From Halodesulfurarchaeum sp. (GTDB lineage: Archaea; Halobacteriota; Halobacteria; Halobacteriales; Halobacteriaceae), in contig JAXHNL010000002.1 of assembly GCA_034520565.1 (NCBI GenBank), forward strand, positions 1,408,001-1,472,000: 64,000 bases of DNA, written 5' to 3'. The notes under the pieces were generated by a model. The model was not told the DNA's origin. It worked only from the letters and a program-made list of their open reading frames with translations, and did no database searches. Positions 39,788 through 49,645 of the stretch are shown piece by piece. Position numbers and translations under genes: made by a program. Every line of letters starts with the position of its first letter. The stretch's first letter is position 1.

Positions 39788-41569
39788 TCAGGGCCCCCGT
39801 TCTTGCTTCGAATTCGTCTCGACACCACGAAACTCGAATTTCGCTCCACCGGCTTCCGATTCTCCGAGGCGCAGTTTCCACCCGTGTGCGTCCGCGATTC
39901 GCCTGACAGCCATCAGATCGAAGTCTTCCGCTTCCGACCGTCCGAGGTGGGAACTTGTGACTCCCAATCCCCGGTCGTCCAGTTGCAGTTCCGGTCCGTC
40001 GAAAGCGACGAAGAACCCGGAACCGACCGGCAATGCATCCACTGTGACCGTGAGTTCCGGCTCGCCGAGGTCGGCGCTGCGCTGAAAGAGCGTCCTGAAG
40101 AGGTAGCTCAATCGTCCGTAATCTCCCCGGACCGTGAGGTCGATATTGGATTCCAGTGTCGCTAACTGCGGGTCGACGGCGAGCCAGCTTTCCCGAATCA
40201 CGTCGTTCAAATCGACACTCGACAGGTGGCCGATTCCATCTCCCTCGTGGGCGAGGGTGAGGGTATACTCGATTATCTCGTCCATTCTATCGAGTGACGT
40301 CTCGATCTTTTCGAGATTTTCGAAGGAGTGAGTTTCCCGGACCATCCGTGTCCATCCCTTGGCGACCGTCAACGGATTTCGCAGATCCTGGGTGACTATC
40401 GTGGCGAACTCCTCGAGTCTCGCATTGGCCGTTTCGAGGTGTCGCTGGTACTGTTTGTGCTCGGAGCGGTCACGCGCGATCACCAGCGTCGCTTCGGTGG
40501 TAAAATAATCGATCCGTGTCACTGCAACCTCGATGGGAACGGTCGTGCCATCTCTGGTCACGAATTGGGTCTCGAAGACGACTGATTCCGGGTCGCCGTC
40601 TCGAAGTCGCGACTCGATCCATTCCGTTCTCCCCTCGAGCAACAGATCGTCGAACGACGAATCGAGCAATTCACTCGTCGAATATCCGAGCAAGTGTTTC
40701 GTGGCCTGATTGACCTCGATAATTCCACCATCCGGTTCATACAGGACGATCGGGTCCGGAATGGCCGCCACTAACTCTCTGTACGTTTCCCAGGCTTCCC
40801 GAAGGGCGTGGGTTTGTTGTTTGAGTTCGGTGACGTCGCGGATGGTCGCGACACCGCCCACGACCTCGCCGTCCCGGGTATCGATGGGGTAATATTCGAC
40901 GTAAAACTCGTGGAGCGATCCGTCTGGGCCCTGCCGTTCCATTTCGAAATCGAGGGGTTCGCCTGTCGAAAAGACCCGTTCGATCCGGGAGTCGATGGTG
41001 GCGTAGGTTTCGGCCGGAAGGAGGTCCGAGAGATGTGCTCCTTCGACTGGGGAATCGATCCCGTGAAACTCTCGGTACCGGCGATTTGCAAAGATGACGC
41101 GTTTCTGCCGGTCCAGCGCGGCGATCATGTCCGTCGACTCTTCGACCGCTTTTCGAAATACGGACAGTTCATCCGTTCCCACCTCCACTCGGGAGCGACC
41201 TATTCGTGAAACTGTCTCGAGCAGGCAGTAAATCCTTTCACCGTCACTGGCTACAGGAATCAGTTCGAGCTCGATCCGGGCCCCGGATGCCTTCGTCGCG
41301 GTGATTCTCGCTGTCTGTTCGGTCTTTTCCGCCCGCCCGGCCCGGCTAATAGTTTCGATCAGCGACTCGAGTCGGTCCGCTTCGGTCGCCGTGAGTGAAA
41401 AGAGGTCAGCAATCGATTCACCGGTGGCCTCACAGGACGGATAGTTGAAGCGGTCAACGGCTGCCTCGTTCCATCGCGTAACCCGAAGATTCGAATCGAG
41501 TGCACAGACTGGATCCGAAATAGTTTCCAATATGTTATGAAGGGGGTCAGCGTCTTGCCGATCACCCAT
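39788..41569 (-). CDS. Multi-PAS protein with degenerate histidine-kinase core
   Basis: Three PAS/PAC repeats; H-box reads VTQDLRNPL. Confidence 0.85.
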   Translation of the reverse strand: MGDRQDADPLHNILETISDPVCALDSNLRVTRWNEAAVDRFNYPSCEATGESIADLFSLTATEADRLESLIETISRAGRAEKTEQTARITATKASGARIELELIPVASDGERIYCLLETVSRIGRSRVEVGTDELSVFRKAVEESTDMIAALDRQKRVIFANRRYREFHGIDSPVEGAHLSDLLPAETYATIDSRIERVFSTGEPLDFEMERQGPDGSLHEFYVEYYPIDTRDGEVVGGVATIRDVTELKQQTHALREAWETYRELVAAIPDPIVLYEPDGGIIEVNQATKHLLGYSTSELLDSSFDDLLLEGRTEWIESRLRDGDPESVVFETQFVTRDGTTVPIEVAVTRIDYFTTEATLVIARDRSEHKQYQRHLETANARLEEFATIVTQDLRNPLTVAKGWTRMVRETHSFENLEKIETSLDRMDEIIEYTLTLAHEGDGIGHLSSVDLNDVIRESWLAVDPQLATLESNIDLTVRGDYGRLSYLFRTLFQRSADLGEPELTVTVDALPVGSGFFVAFDGPELQLDDRGLGVTSSHLGRSEAEDFDLMAVRRIADAHGWKLRLGESEAGGAKFEFRGVETNSKQERGP

Positions 41570-41799
41570 CAGTTACACCTTTGGTATGCTCGATAAATAA
41601 GTATGCGGGTGAATGTTACCCACACGTACCGGTGACTTGCGTTCCGGGAGGAAATACGAATCTGATGACCGATACTGACGCACCTGTTGTGTCCCAATCG
41701 TTTCATTCGGTTTATATTATTTACCAAACAGTCGGACTGCGAGTACCGTTGACGGAAAAATGGGGGTCACATTTTTCGTCGTGCTACCTGGATGCCATC

Positions 41800-42213
41800 A
41801 TGAACCGACGAATCACGGGATTTACGCTCGTCAGTTTTGGTGCAGTCCTTCTTATCACCGGGATCGGATCGGCGCCAGCCGACCTTCCGAGTGCGGTCGT
41901 TGGAATGGGCCCGTTTCTGCTGATCGCAACCGCGATTGCGTTCGTCGGCGGATGGATCAGTTACCGACAGTTCAGGTCACGATCCGTCGGCTCCCCGGTG
42001 CCGAGTTGCTACTCGGCGCTCCGTTCGGCCACGATCGACCCCTCAATTCTGAGCTGGACGGTCAAATTCCTCGGATCGTCCCCGTACGTCGGTAGTGCCA
42101 CCTCTCGTGTTTCCGTTTCTCCGGGTCCGACAGTCAGATCCCCCACTTTGGCGAAACTGTCGTTTTCGACGTACCGAATGGCGATCCCGACCGTCGTGCC
42201 GTTCGGTCCGTGA
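41800..42213 (+). CDS. Possible small two-TM membrane protein (3' end doubtful)
   Basis: MNRRITGFTLV... two hydrophobic helices; tail overlaps the opposite-strand lipoprotein gene. Confidence 0.35.
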   Translation: MNRRITGFTLVSFGAVLLITGIGSAPADLPSAVVGMGPFLLIATAIAFVGGWISYRQFRSRSVGSPVPSCYSALRSATIDPSILSWTVKFLGSSPYVGSATSRVSVSPGPTVRSPTLAKLSFSTYRMAIPTVVPFGP

Positions 42214-42440
42214 TTGGTGACGGCGATCGTCGCATAGACGACGTCGTTTTCGACGACATTCGACCGGATGGATCCGACGACTCCTTCCGGTTCTGCTGTC
42301 GTCACTGTCGGCGTCGGCACGGCGGTCGTCAGTTCGCCCGTAGTCGTCTGGTCGGACGGCGGACTTCCGGAGGGTGCTGGTGCGGCACACCCGCTCAGGA
42401 CCACGAGAACGAGGACGATTCCGATGCGGATCCTCATCAT
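42009..42440 (-). CDS. Predicted lipoprotein with Thr-rich linker and Ig-like domain
   Basis: Signal peptide with lipobox LSGC. Confidence 0.75.
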   Translation of the reverse strand: MMRIRIGIVLVLVVLSGCAAPAPSGSPPSDQTTTGELTTAVPTPTVTTAEPEGVVGSIRSNVVENDVVYATIAVTNHGPNGTTVGIAIRYVENDSFAKVGDLTVGPGETETREVALPTYGDDPRNLTVQLRIEGSIVAERSAE

Positions 42441-42534
42441 TCGAAAGTCACACTGCCTGGCATCGGAAAGGTTTCGATACGGGTGTTCGTCCGGAACGGC
42501 CCGACCGACCGTACCCGACCGAATGAGCCGTACG

Positions 42535-42714
42535 TCACGCGATGTACAGGTTCCGAACTCTGTATACCATATACGCCGTGGCCAGTCCCATCAGCAAGCC
42601 GATGAGCAGGAAGAGCTGTTGCCCCGTTTGCAGCCATCCGAGGAGGAATACGATGGCCGCGAGGGCGAAGAGGAGGACGGCGGCGAGGTCGAACGTGAGG
42701 TCCGTGTCGCTCAC
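42535..42714 (-). CDS. Small two-TM membrane protein (59 aa)
   Basis: GTG 42714; two hydrophobic helices. Confidence 0.55.
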   Translation of the reverse strand: MSDTDLTFDLAAVLLFALAAIVFLLGWLQTGQQLFLLIGLLMGLATAYMVYRVRNLYIA

Positions 42715-42839
42715 GGAACCCACCCCACGTCGATACGCGGTTGTCGGTCGGGAGCCGGATAGTCGGTCATGTACACGTCTATCGATGGGGTGTGATTTGA
42801 TGGTTTGCTTTCCGAAACTCCGTCGAACGGTGTCACAAG

Positions 42840-42936
42840 CGGGCCGGCCGCGATTGGAAAACACGGTCGGAGCAAAGTTCCTCCCCGCGTTCAAATCCTG
42901 CCTGCCGGTTCACTCGTCACTGCGTGACTCGCTGTA
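42840..42936 (-). repeat. tRNA-Lys-linked mini-element bounded by a degenerate duplicate of the tRNA 3' end
   Basis: cgggccggccgcgattggaaaacacg (42840) vs cgggccgggcgcgatttgaacacg (42937); inverted T-arm copy and CGAG-tcac-GCA-gtga-CGAG hairpin. Confidence 0.7.
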
Positions 42937-43010
42937 CGGGCCGGGCGCGATTTGAACACGCGACCGTCTGATTAAGAGTCAGACGCTCTGCCGGACTGAG
43001 CTACCGGCCC
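42937..43010 (-). tRNA. tRNA-Lys(CTT)
   Basis: GGGCCGGTAGCTCAG...TCTGA-CT-CTT-AA-TCAGA...GTTCAAATC...CCGGCCCG. Confidence 0.96.
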
Positions 43011-43117
43011 TCACCAGTGATTGGAACGCCCCCCGACAAATACGTTCTGACTTCCCGCCGCCCAGTCTCCGTGAAGTGTCGTGGGGGTTAAGTCCGATGG
43101 CCCGGAATATGAAATGA

Positions 43118-44569
43118 ATGAGCACACGCGGCACAATCTCTTCGATGTCTTCCTACGTTATTTTGGGGTGTGGTAGCGTCGGCCATTCGGTGGCCGAGGA
43201 ACTCGTCGAACGGGGGAAAACGGTTCTCATCCTCGACAAGGACCAATCGCGGGTCGAAGCGCTCCGGGACCAGGACCTCGAGGCGCGACAGGCCGACATC
43301 AGCGACCCGGAAATCAAGGAGGAAGTGGTGGGCTATGACGTCGCGCTGATCCTCGCCTCCGACATCGAGGCCAACAAGGCTGCGGTGGAGCACATTCGCG
43401 AGCAGGACACAGAACAGTTTCTCGTCGCGCGCGCGAGCGATCCGGTCACGAGTGACGAACTCTCCGCGCTCGGCGCCGACGTCGTCATCAACCCCTCCTC
43501 GGTCATCTCCGATGCCGCGCTCCGGGCGCTCGAATCCGGTGAGCTGGAGTACAAGGCCCGAAATCTGGCCGACGTGCTGACCGGAGCGAAAGGCAAAGTC
43601 GCGATCCTTACCCACGACAATCCGGACCCCGACTCGATTGCCAGTGCGGCCGCCCTCGAGGCGATCGCCGATCACCTCGACGTGGACGCTGATATCCTGT
43701 ACTTCGGGGACATCGGTCACCAGGAAAACCGGGCTTTCGTCAATCTACTCGACATCGAACTGACACACCACGACGCCGTCGACATCGAGGAGTACGACAC
43801 CTTCGCGATGGTCGACCAGGCCAAGGCCGGAACGGTCTCCATCGACGCGACGATCGACATCTACATCGATCACTTCGAGGCCGACGGGGAGATCGACGCG
43901 GAATTTTCGGACGTGCGTCCTAACGTCAGTGCCACCTCGACCATTCTGACGAAATATCTCCAGGAATTCGACATGACCGTCAGCGAAACCGTCGCGACGG
44001 CGTTGCTCTACGGCATTCGCGCTGAAACCTACGACTTCCGTCGGGACACGACACCTGCGGATCTCACTGCGGCGGCGTATCTCTATCCGTTTGCGAACCA
44101 CGACACCCTCGAACAGGTCGAATCGCCGAACATGAGTCCGGAGACCCTCGACGTCCTCGCGGAGGCCATCGCGAACCGGGAGGTCCAGGGGAGCCATCTC
44201 GTGTCGAACGCGGGGTTCATCAACTCCCGAGACGCGTTGGCCCAGGCTGCCCAGCAGCTCCTCAACCTCGAGGGCGTCACCACGACGGCCGTCTTCGGAA
44301 TCATCGACGATACGATCGATCTAGCAGCCCGTTCGAAAGACATTCGGCTCAATATCGGGTCCGTACTCCAGGACGCGTTTGCGGATATCGGCGAAGCGGC
44401 TGGCCACTCCACGCAGGCGAGCGCGGAAGTTTCACTCGGGATTTTCACCGGCATCGAAACGACCGAAGAGAACCGGGAGACGCTCCTGTCGCTCACGGGC
44501 GAGGCGGTAACCCGGACGCTCTTCGACGCGATGGGAGTCGAACAGGAAAACAGTACAAACGGCGGGTAA
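43118..44569 (+). CDS. DHH-family phosphoesterase with N-terminal TrkA-N domain
   Basis: GCGSVG; THDNPDPDSIAS; IDHF; AGH (alternative start 43145). Confidence 0.88.
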   Translation: MSTRGTISSMSSYVILGCGSVGHSVAEELVERGKTVLILDKDQSRVEALRDQDLEARQADISDPEIKEEVVGYDVALILASDIEANKAAVEHIREQDTEQFLVARASDPVTSDELSALGADVVINPSSVISDAALRALESGELEYKARNLADVLTGAKGKVAILTHDNPDPDSIASAAALEAIADHLDVDADILYFGDIGHQENRAFVNLLDIELTHHDAVDIEEYDTFAMVDQAKAGTVSIDATIDIYIDHFEADGEIDAEFSDVRPNVSATSTILTKYLQEFDMTVSETVATALLYGIRAETYDFRRDTTPADLTAAAYLYPFANHDTLEQVESPNMSPETLDVLAEAIANREVQGSHLVSNAGFINSRDALAQAAQQLLNLEGVTTTAVFGIIDDTIDLAARSKDIRLNIGSVLQDAFADIGEAAGHSTQASAEVSLGIFTGIETTEENRETLLSLTGEAVTRTLFDAMGVEQENSTNGG

Positions 44570-44570
44570 C

Positions 44571-44864
44571 TCAGGCCGCCGTTTCCGCTTCTTCGTCTTC
44601 GTCGCGAAGTCGTTCGATCACGTCGCTGATCAGGATGACGTCCCCGACGGATCGGACCCATCGGTACGGGATGATGACGCCTTTCGAACCGGTTTCAGTG
44701 TTGCCAAAAAGCGTCGGGTTCAGTGTCGAGACCGCCAGTCCGTTTACGACTTCGGTGTCGAGATCCAGTCTGAGGTCTTCGACTTCCCCGACGAATACCC
44801 CGTTGTTCGAGTAAACCTCCCGTCCCACGATGCTCGTGATTTCCTGCGGGTCGTCCACGTCCAT
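44571..44864 (-). CDS. cdpB1: PRC-barrel protein, CdpB1-like cell-division factor
   Basis: EITSIVGREVYSNNGVFVGEVEDL...IPYRWVRSVGDVILI; paralogue assignment is from recalled synteny with the DHH gene. Confidence 0.7.
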   Translation of the reverse strand: MDVDDPQEITSIVGREVYSNNGVFVGEVEDLRLDLDTEVVNGLAVSTLNPTLFGNTETGSKGVIIPYRWVRSVGDVILISDVIERLRDEDEEAETAA

Positions 44865-44910
44865 CAACGAACTGACCGGACCCCCTTAACTGTTTAACCG
44901 ACAGCTTCGC

Positions 44911-45966
44911 TCAGGAAAGGAGCGGTTCGATATCGACGTGGTCGAACAGCAACCCGCGCATCGTTTCCACGGTTCGGGCATCCCGTACCCGGCCTCCGCG
45001 GATGAGCTGTTCGGCCCGTTCGACCGTCGCGAGGGTGTCCGTCCGGACGGACAGCACGGGAACGTTGCGTTCGCTTGCGGTTCCGAGTACTGCCGCCCGG
45101 TGGCCGAATCCGCCCGTCAGAATCAGTGCGTTGACGCCGGGTGCTTCGAGCGCAGCTCGTTGGATGTCTGCTCGGTCCCCGCCGGTGACGACGGCGGCGT
45201 CCTTCGTTCGACGGAAGTGCGACAGGGCTGCTTCACCCCCCATTGCCCCGACGAGCACCCGTTCAATGAACACCTCCTCGTCGGATCCGGTAAGGACACT
45301 GCCTCCGAGTTCGTCCGTGAGGTCGGCAACGGTTACACCGGCCAGTTCTCGATTGTGGGGGATGACGCCCAGGACGGGGATGTCACGCCCCTCGAGGAAC
45401 GGAACGATGTCCGACTCGACGAGGTCGAACATGGCGTCGGTCACGCCGTTGAAGACGACTCCGGCGATGTTGTCCTCGAGTTCCGCGGCGACGCTAAGTA
45501 ATCGATCGACGTCGTTGACTGTTTCGAGTCGTTCGAGCAGGAGGACTTCGGCGTCGAACCGCTCTGCGAGGTCGTCGTCCGCGAGGTCGACGATACTGCC
45601 CGTGGACACGCGGTCCCCACCTTCGACGATCATCAAATCCTGCCCCTCTGCGAGTGTTTCGAAGGCGTCGTCGATACGATTGTGGAGGTCCGAGACGTTC
45701 TCGCGGCCCCGAATCGCTCCTTCGACGAACGTCGTCGAGTAGACGATCGGCTCCATCTCGTGCATTTCGGCCTCGAAATCGAGTACTTCCCGGGCGAGCA
45801 TGGGGTCCGTGTCGAGCGTTTTCCCCACGTTCGATTGGAGGCGTGTGCCTTTCGGCTTCATGTAGCCGACAGACTGGTCTCGCTCCTGGGCGAGTTGGCC
45901 GAGGGCGAGTCCGACCGCAGTTTTTCCCGTGCTGTTCTGGCTCGATGTGAGCAGTAAGGTCTTCAT
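44911..45966 (-). CDS. Phosphotransacetylase N-terminal-like protein (BioD-like + DRTGG)
   Basis: STGKT, GYMKP, VEGG, TGGDRADI, LILTGG. Confidence 0.88.
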   Translation of the reverse strand: MKTLLLTSSQNSTGKTAVGLALGQLAQERDQSVGYMKPKGTRLQSNVGKTLDTDPMLAREVLDFEAEMHEMEPIVYSTTFVEGAIRGRENVSDLHNRIDDAFETLAEGQDLMIVEGGDRVSTGSIVDLADDDLAERFDAEVLLLERLETVNDVDRLLSVAAELEDNIAGVVFNGVTDAMFDLVESDIVPFLEGRDIPVLGVIPHNRELAGVTVADLTDELGGSVLTGSDEEVFIERVLVGAMGGEAALSHFRRTKDAAVVTGGDRADIQRAALEAPGVNALILTGGFGHRAAVLGTASERNVPVLSVRTDTLATVERAEQLIRGGRVRDARTVETMRGLLFDHVDIEPLLS

Positions 45967-48058
45967 AGTTTGTCTGGGTCAACAGTGAGTCGTGTGTCCA
46001 CGGCCTGTACGCCATCCGGGCTCACGACGAGGGGATTGATGTCCAGTTCGAGGATGGCAGGGAAATCGGTGACGAGCTGTGAGAGTCGCTGAATACTTTC
46101 CACGAGTGCCTCCTCGTCAACTGGGTCCCGTCCCCGTGCGCCGCGTAGCAGGGGTGCAGAATCGATCTCTCCGATCATCGATTCGGCCTCTCGCTCGCTG
46201 ACTGGCGCCACTCGAACGGTGGTGTCCTCGAGGACCTCCACGAAGATACCCCCGAGTCCGAACAGGAGCAGCGGTCCGAACTGCGGGTCTCGATTCATGC
46301 CGAGTATCGTCTCCGTTCCCGCATCGACATCGACCATTGCCTGCACCTGTACCCCGAGAATCTGGGCGTCCGGTTGGTAATTCCGTGCGCGCGTGAGGAG
46401 GTCTTCGAACGCGTCGGTGACCCCCTCATCTGGGACGCCCACTTTGACGCCGCCGATGTCCGATTTGTGGAGGATGTCCGGACTGACGATTTTCATGACG
46501 ACGTCGCCCTCGATTTCTTTCGCGACCGACTGTGCGTCCTCGGGCGTTTCGACGATTGTACCGGGCGGTGTTTTGATCCCGTACGCGTCGAGAATCCCCA
46601 TCCCTTCGACGCCGATTCGGTTCGACCGTTTCGATGCCGATTCGAGGATTTCTTGGACGGTTTCTCGATCGACGTCGAATTCCGTGGGGGCTTCGTACTC
46701 CAGTTGCGTGATATTTCGGTAGGTGAGCAAGGCGTCCAGACTGCTCACGGCACGAGCCGGATCGAAGTAATTGGGGATTCCGTGTGCCCTGAAGGGTTCT
46801 TGGCAGGTTCCTTGATTCGATCGCCCCCCATCAAGGCCGTTGCGACTGGCGTTCCGTATTCGGCTTGGAGGGACGTGATGTCTTCTGCTAACTCGTTGTA
46901 ATCTAGGATGGCGATCGGGGACGCGATGACGATTGCGGTTCCGACGTTGTCGTCATCCAGCACGATTTCGATCGCTCGTTTGAAACGTTCGTTGTCGGCG
47001 TCCCCGATGACGTCGACGGGGTTGTAGATGTTGGCTCCGTCGGGAAGACCCTCCGAGAGCGCTTCCATCGTCTCGGTATCAAACGAGGCCATTTCGAACG
47101 CCGATTCCCCGATTGCGTCCGTTGCCATGACGCCTGGACCGCCAGCATTCGAGATGACGGCGATCCCGTTTCCGTCCGGAATCGGCTGCCCGTCGAGGAT
47201 CTGGGCGTAATCGAACAGCGACTGGACGTTTTCTGCTCGAAGCACGCCGGCTTGATCCAATCCGGCCTCGTAGGCACGTTCACTCCCTGCGATCGTGCCC
47301 GTGTGTGAAGAGGCCGCCTGTGCTCCGGCTTCCGTTCTTCCCGATTTCACGAGGACGATCGGCGTATTTTTCGTGACGGTTCTTGCCGTGTCGATGAACT
47401 CCCGGCCATCGGCGATACCTTCGAGGTAGCCCAAAATGACCGACGTGTCCGGGTCGGTATCCCAGATGTCGATGAAATCGGCCTCGTCGAGGACGGCCTT
47501 GTTGCCGAGTGAGACGATGTCTTTGAATCCGATTCCCTGTTCGTTCGCCCAGTCGACGACGGCAGTAATGAACGCTCCGGACTGACTCATGAAGGACAGA
47601 TTGCCCGCCAGTGGTTCAGCGGGACCGAACGTCGCGTTCATTCGACTGGGCGTACTTATCAGTCCGAGACTGTTCGGTCCGACGAGGTTCATCTCGTACC
47701 TGGCGGCGATTTCGCGGAGCTCCCGCTCTCGTGACGCACCCTCGCTCCCCGTTTCACCGAATCCGGCCGTGATGACCACGACGTTTTTGACGCCGTGTTC
47801 GCCCAGCTGTCTCGTTGCGTCCACCGCGATTTTCGGTGGAACGACGACGACGCCGAGATCGATTTGTCCGGTTAGCTTTGAAACGTCTGTGACTGCCTCC
47901 TTGTTCAGTACTGTCTCTCGTTTCGGATTGACCGGAACGACCTCACCGTCGAAGGTTTCGAGGTTCTCCATGATCGCCCGCCCGATCGATCCGGCTCGTT
48001 CGGTTCCACCAATGACGGCAATTCGCTCCGGGTCGAACAACCCGTTCGCGTCTGGCAT
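45963..48058 (-). CDS. acd: ADP-forming acetate--CoA ligase (alpha-beta fusion; indel near 46795)
   Basis: GPNSLG, SQSGA, SHTG phospho-His, NAGGPG; ATP-grasp HKSDIGGV, ELDINP in second frame. Confidence 0.88.
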
Positions 48059-48245
48059 CCGTTATCCTCTTGCCGGGCGACCGGCTTAAACCCAACCGAG
48101 TTCGTTTTGAAACTTGCAGATTTTGCCATCCTGTGACCTGTGCAGGATTGGCTGCTGTGTGGCTCTGACGATGTACCTCATTTCGACCACAATTGGAGCC
48201 GGAGGTCTCTTCCCCTTTTGATATAGCGAGATACAGTTTATATGG

Positions 48246-49259
48246 TCACGATTCGTCGAGAAGTGAGTAAATATTCGCCTCGTAGACCGCTCGTACCCGA
48301 TCGCCCCAGTTGTGCGTGTAGGTATCGATAACGTCCGTCGCGACGTCCCCTCTGAGATACTTGACGATGCCCCGATCCCCCGTCCGATCCCGGAGATGCG
48401 TGGTGAAAAAGTGACGGAAGTAGTGGGGGGTGACGTTTTCTCCGGCCCCAGCTCCGGATTCGTACCACCCTCGGTCTCGAGCCCGGGACGTAACCAGATG
48501 GTGGACGTCGTTTCCCGTGAGACGCGTTCCCCAGTTACGTTCTGTGCTGGTAAATAGTGGCGAAGCTGGTGAGGTCGTATCCGGGCGAATCGCGAGCCAT
48601 TGGACGAGGGCGGTTCGAAGCTCATCGTCGATCGGGATGACCGTTTCGCGCTTTCGTTTGTTCGACATCTTCCGCTTTTCGCCGTTGTGTTCCTCGTTTC
48701 TGGTGGGTTCGTTCGAGACGTAGATGGTCTGTGGTCGGCCTTCCAGTTGTGGTCGGATCGGTCCTGACGGGATCGGTGTTTCGCCAAGATTGATATCTCG
48801 CAAATCGAGATTACAGGCTTCTCCCGCCCGTATACCCGTTTTTAACAGTAGTACGATGACTGCTTTCGCGAGTGGGTGGCCGACGGATCCGACGAAGGCT
48901 CTCATTTCGGGAACTGAAATGTCCCGACGGTTCGGATCCGTCGTGATTTGCTCGTCGAGTTCTTCCATTACGAGTGTCATCGGATTCTGGTCGAATATCC
49001 CGACTTCGTTCATGTACGCATAGAACCGGTGGAGGTAGGCCGCGTAACTCGCGACGGTACTTTCTGCGGCTTCATCGCGCAGCGTCGATATCCAGGCGAG
49101 ACAATCCCGGTGGGTGACTGTATCCAGTGTCGTCTCGGGGTCGAGCGAGTCTTCGAACTGGTGTAAGACGCGATCGTAGGCGTCTCGGGTGCGGTCTGAA
49201 CGGCCGTGGTAGGCCATGTCATCGAGGAAGTACTCGATTGGGTCGGTGGTTTCCGTCAT
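48246..49259 (-). CDS. Tyrosine recombinase (XerC/D-like)
   Basis: TGIRAGE (R), NKRK (K), HYFRH, LRGD, YTH (catalytic Y). Confidence 0.92.
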   Translation of the reverse strand: MTETTDPIEYFLDDMAYHGRSDRTRDAYDRVLHQFEDSLDPETTLDTVTHRDCLAWISTLRDEAAESTVASYAAYLHRFYAYMNEVGIFDQNPMTLVMEELDEQITTDPNRRDISVPEMRAFVGSVGHPLAKAVIVLLLKTGIRAGEACNLDLRDINLGETPIPSGPIRPQLEGRPQTIYVSNEPTRNEEHNGEKRKMSNKRKRETVIPIDDELRTALVQWLAIRPDTTSPASPLFTSTERNWGTRLTGNDVHHLVTSRARDRGWYESGAGAGENVTPHYFRHFFTTHLRDRTGDRGIVKYLRGDVATDVIDTYTHNWGDRVRAVYEANIYSLLDES

Positions 49260-49645
49260 TGCTCTTCGATGAGGGTGTACGTCCCGTTGCGGGGTTTGTG
49301 TGTAATTTTTCCCTCCTCCTGGAGTTCGATGACTGTGTTTTCGAGTTTCGACTCGAGATCGTTTGCGACCTTCTCGAACAGCTCTTCCCAGGTGAGGTCG
49401 CCATTTGTCTCGAGTGTTTGCAACACCGTTTCCCGGACGTTACCCCTGGGGTTTGACCCTGGAGAATCGGGTTCGTCGGGCTCGGTATCGCCGAACCCCC
49501 GGCGGCCGGCCTGCACCATCGTTCGAACGAACTCCGACTGGCTCATTTCGAGTTCGTCCGCGTCTGTCTCCCATTCTTCTTTCTGGAACGCGGGAACGTA
49601 GGTGGTTATGGCAGCCCGGTCGGTCTCTTTGCCAGATTCACTCAT
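49256..49645 (-). CDS. DUF5805-like protein (RHH-like + wHTH) coupled to the recombinase
   Basis: TYVPAFQKEEW...MSQSEFVRTMVQAGR; 4-bp overlap. Confidence 0.75.
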   Translation of the reverse strand: MSESGKETDRAAITTYVPAFQKEEWETDADELEMSQSEFVRTMVQAGRRGFGDTEPDEPDSPGSNPRGNVRETVLQTLETNGDLTWEELFEKVANDLESKLENTVIELQEEGKITHKPRNGTYTLIEEQ

